Of a DNA stretch of 33,302 nt, positions 31,637 through 33,302 are shown piece by piece. The DNA lies in NCBI GenBank assembly GCA_964372865.1, contig CAYJRW010000003.1, positions 1-33,302 of the forward strand, given 5' to 3'. Source of the DNA: an uncultured Candidatus Saccharibacteria bacterium (GTDB taxonomy: Bacteria > Patescibacteriota > Minisyncoccia > Minisyncoccales > 2-12-FULL-40-12). Both the position numbers and the translations under genes were made by a program. Numbering within the stretch: position 1 is the stretch's first letter; each line of letters begins with the position of its first letter. The notes below the pieces were generated by a model. The model saw only the letters and a program-made list of their open reading frames with translations. It had not been told where the DNA came from and made no database searches.

Positions 31637-31639
31637 AAA

Positions 31640-32095
31640 ATGATATTTGTTTTACAGGCACTAAAAGAACCAAAATACTTTGGGTTAGCGGTGTTTTTTG
31701 CTTTTTTTATATGGTTTTTATATCCTTTTTTGCAGGTCTTGCTCCAGGGGCTTAACAATTTTTGGTTTTGGTTCACTTTGTTAACTCCCTTGGGCTGGTT
31801 TCTTTATTTGTTTTACGGCATTCTGTTCGGCGCGACTTTATCATTTTTTATCTGGCAAAGAGCAAAGAAGATTTGTCCTGTAAGCAGAACTGTTAGAGGA
31901 GGAGTTTTCGGCGTAATTGGAGGTTTTCTGGGGACAGTAACTCCTCTTTGCCCGGCTTGTTTGTCTTGGGTGATCCTGTTTTTGCCTGTCAGCCTGGTTC
32001 CCTCTCTGTTAAAATATAATGTGGAAATTATGGGTCTTAGCGTCATTTTGCTTTTCTTGGCGTTGTGGACTTTAGGCGGTTTTAAAAAAGCATGA
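31640..32095 (+). CDS. Four-TM membrane protein with CPAC motif (151 aa)
   Basis: Four hydrophobic segments. Cys at ICPV and at LCPACL within or next to TM3. Sits directly after the DsbA gene. Confidence 0.5.
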   Translation: MIFVLQALKEPKYFGLAVFFAFFIWFLYPFLQVLLQGLNNFWFWFTLLTPLGWFLYLFYGILFGATLSFFIWQRAKKICPVSRTVRGGVFGVIGGFLGTVTPLCPACLSWVILFLPVSLVPSLLKYNVEIMGLSVILLFLALWTLGGFKKA

Positions 32096-32625
32096 GTAGA
32101 AAAGAATATAAATTAAAACAACAGCAGAAGATAGAGGGAAAGACGAAAGAAAGGCAAAAGCGAAGAATGAAAAAAACCATGAAAATGGCTGCCGTGATCT
32201 TGATGGTTGGGGGAATAATCTTTGGAGGCGGCTGGTATTTTATCTCCCGAGTTGAACCGGGTGAAAAGTCAGATATTGTCTCCAGGGAGCTGATTCATTG
32301 GCACCCCGAACTGAAAATTAAAATTTTAGGAGAGGAACAAGAGATACCGGCAAACATCGGCATTGGGGTTGTGCACCAGCTAATTCACACCCATGCGCCA
32401 GACGGCGTAATTCACATAGAGTCAACAGGCCAGGTGCGGGAAAACGATATTAAGCTGGGCCGTTTTTTTGAAATCTGGGGGAAAATATTTAACAAAGACT
32501 GCATTTTTGACAAATGCTCTGGCCAAGACGGGCAAGTTAAAATGCTGGTCAACGGTCAGGAAAATTACGAATATGAAAATTATATTATGAGAGACGGAGA
32601 TAAAATTGAAATAATCTTTGAATAA
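32092..32625 (+). CDS. Hypothetical membrane-anchored His-rich protein (177 aa)
   Basis: Basic N-terminus plus one TM segment, then HWHPELKI...GVVHQLIHTHAPDGVIHIES. ATGA overlap with the upstream gene. Confidence 0.5.
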   Translation: MSRKEYKLKQQQKIEGKTKERQKRRMKKTMKMAAVILMVGGIIFGGGWYFISRVEPGEKSDIVSRELIHWHPELKIKILGEEQEIPANIGIGVVHQLIHTHAPDGVIHIESTGQVRENDIKLGRFFEIWGKIFNKDCIFDKCSGQDGQVKMLVNGQENYEYENYIMRDGDKIEIIFE

Positions 32626-32665
32626 AAAGGTCGTTTTACTAATCAAATTTAACTATTAAAAATAT

Positions 32666-33097
32666 ATGGCACAGAGAACAATCATTGTCGCAGTTGTTAT
32701 TGCGGCGGCTCTTCTGGCAGGATACTTTATTTTTACCGGTATCCAAAGACCGGCTTCTGTCCCTCAGATTATAATGCCACCGGAATCCCCCCAGCAAGAA
32801 GAAGGGGTGGCAGCTCCCGAGACCAGGGAGATTGCTGTTTCGGGAACGGAATTCAGCTTCAGTCCAGCTGCTGTAACCCTCAAAGAGGGAGAAAAAGTTA
32901 GAGTGATTTTCACCAATGCTGGCTCTGCCCCTCATAACTTCACTATTGAGGGCTTGGGAATTAAAACAAAAGTGATTGGTTCAGGACAGTCAGATGTAGT
33001 TGAGTTTGTGGCACCTGCTTCCGGGAACTACACTTTTTTTTGCTCAGTTGCTGGCCACAGACAAGCAGGCATGGAAGGGAGTATGGAGGTGGAATAG
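32666..33097 (+). CDS. Cupredoxin (plastocyanin/halocyanin-like blue copper protein), membrane-anchored
   Basis: N-terminal TM segment. Type-1 copper ligand pattern APHNF...FFCSVAGHRQAGMEG (H, C, H, M). Confidence 0.8.
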   Translation: MAQRTIIVAVVIAAALLAGYFIFTGIQRPASVPQIIMPPESPQQEEGVAAPETREIAVSGTEFSFSPAAVTLKEGEKVRVIFTNAGSAPHNFTIEGLGIKTKVIGSGQSDVVEFVAPASGNYTFFCSVAGHRQAGMEGSMEVE

Positions 33098-33141
33098 GCA
33101 GGGTGTGGATAACTTGATAAAATAAACGAGAAAAGTCAGGG

Positions 33142-33170
33142 TTGACAAGAATTTTCGATAGTGCTACAAG
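33142..33170 (+). promoter_or_regulatory. Promoter candidate (TTGACA-17 nt-TACAAG with upstream TG)
   Basis: TTGACA at 33142-33147 and TGCTACAAG at 33162-33170. Confidence 0.4.
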
Positions 33171-33193
33171 GAATAATACAGCACGCCAAAAAT

Positions 33194-33271
33194 AATACTT
33201 GTTGAGAGGAAGCAGGTGTGATACCTGCGCTCCCCAGGAACGGTTACAGCCCGGTCGACTCAGCAAGTATT
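33194..33271 (+). ncRNA. 78-nt element closed by a 13-bp stem (candidate cis-regulatory or small RNA), class unknown
   Basis: AATACTTGTTGAG (33194-33206) pairs with CTCAGCAAGTATT (33259-33271) with one G-T. Internal hairpin GCAGGT-GTGAT-ACCTGC. Downstream CTTCCCTCT (33289-33297) can alternatively pair with AGAGGAAG (33205-33212). Confidence 0.4.
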
Positions 33272-33302
33272 AATAAAATTCGTAAGTTCTTCCCTCTAGG
33301 GT

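Noticed and set aside
1-33302. CRISPR arrays, rRNA genes, transposases, integrases and reverse transcriptases
   Set aside because: I looked for regularly spaced direct repeats, rRNA signatures, and DDE, tyrosine- or serine-recombinase and RT motifs in the ORF translations. None were seen.

Overview
AT-rich, gene-dense window, mostly plus-strand. Hand-counted 60-nt lines in ordinary genes give 19-26 G+C. The gene content suggests a small-genome, CPR/Patescibacteria-like bacterium; this is inference from gene content and style, not a database hit. Recognisable genes, in order: uvrB (partial, minus strand), a short murE-type Mur ligase, archease plus rtcB (interrupted by a 497-aa LAGLIDADG intein), a NIF3-family gene, metK (interrupted by a 452-aa LAGLIDADG intein), tRNA-Arg(CCG), a MsrQ-like membrane protein plus wrbA, pyrH, a LOG/TIGR00725-like gene, mgtC, acylphosphatase, an endonuclease Q-like PHP protein, rtcA, a CaCA antiporter, a PQQ-type sugar dehydrogenase, a PD-(D/E)xK nuclease, a sufBCDSU-arsR-mnmA block, deoC, and a DsbA / CxxC-membrane / His-rich / cupredoxin cluster. 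Unexplained or unusual signals: (1) A ~1 kb module next to the tRNA with ~55-63% GC. It has a consensus promoter, a hairpin-rich leader, a strong SD, an orphan 144-aa ORF, a terminator and a GC-rich structured tail, and a perfect 23-nt direct repeat has one copy upstream of it and one inside it, before the tail. (2) That tail shares ordered sequence blocks with a free-standing promoter-to-terminator ncRNA candidate at 14290-14451, so the two may be paralogous RNAs of unknown class. (3) A dispersed ~50-60-nt palindromic repeat family with two copies in-frame inside uvrB and murE, resembling Rickettsia palindromic elements. (4) A second GC-shifted module (22179-24347) with tandem consensus promoters, an orphan 259-aa ORF and an M28-like peptidase. 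(5) Recurrent extended -10 boxes 6-8 nt upstream of ATGs, implying leaderless mRNAs. No CRISPR array, rRNA, transposase or integrase gene was seen.
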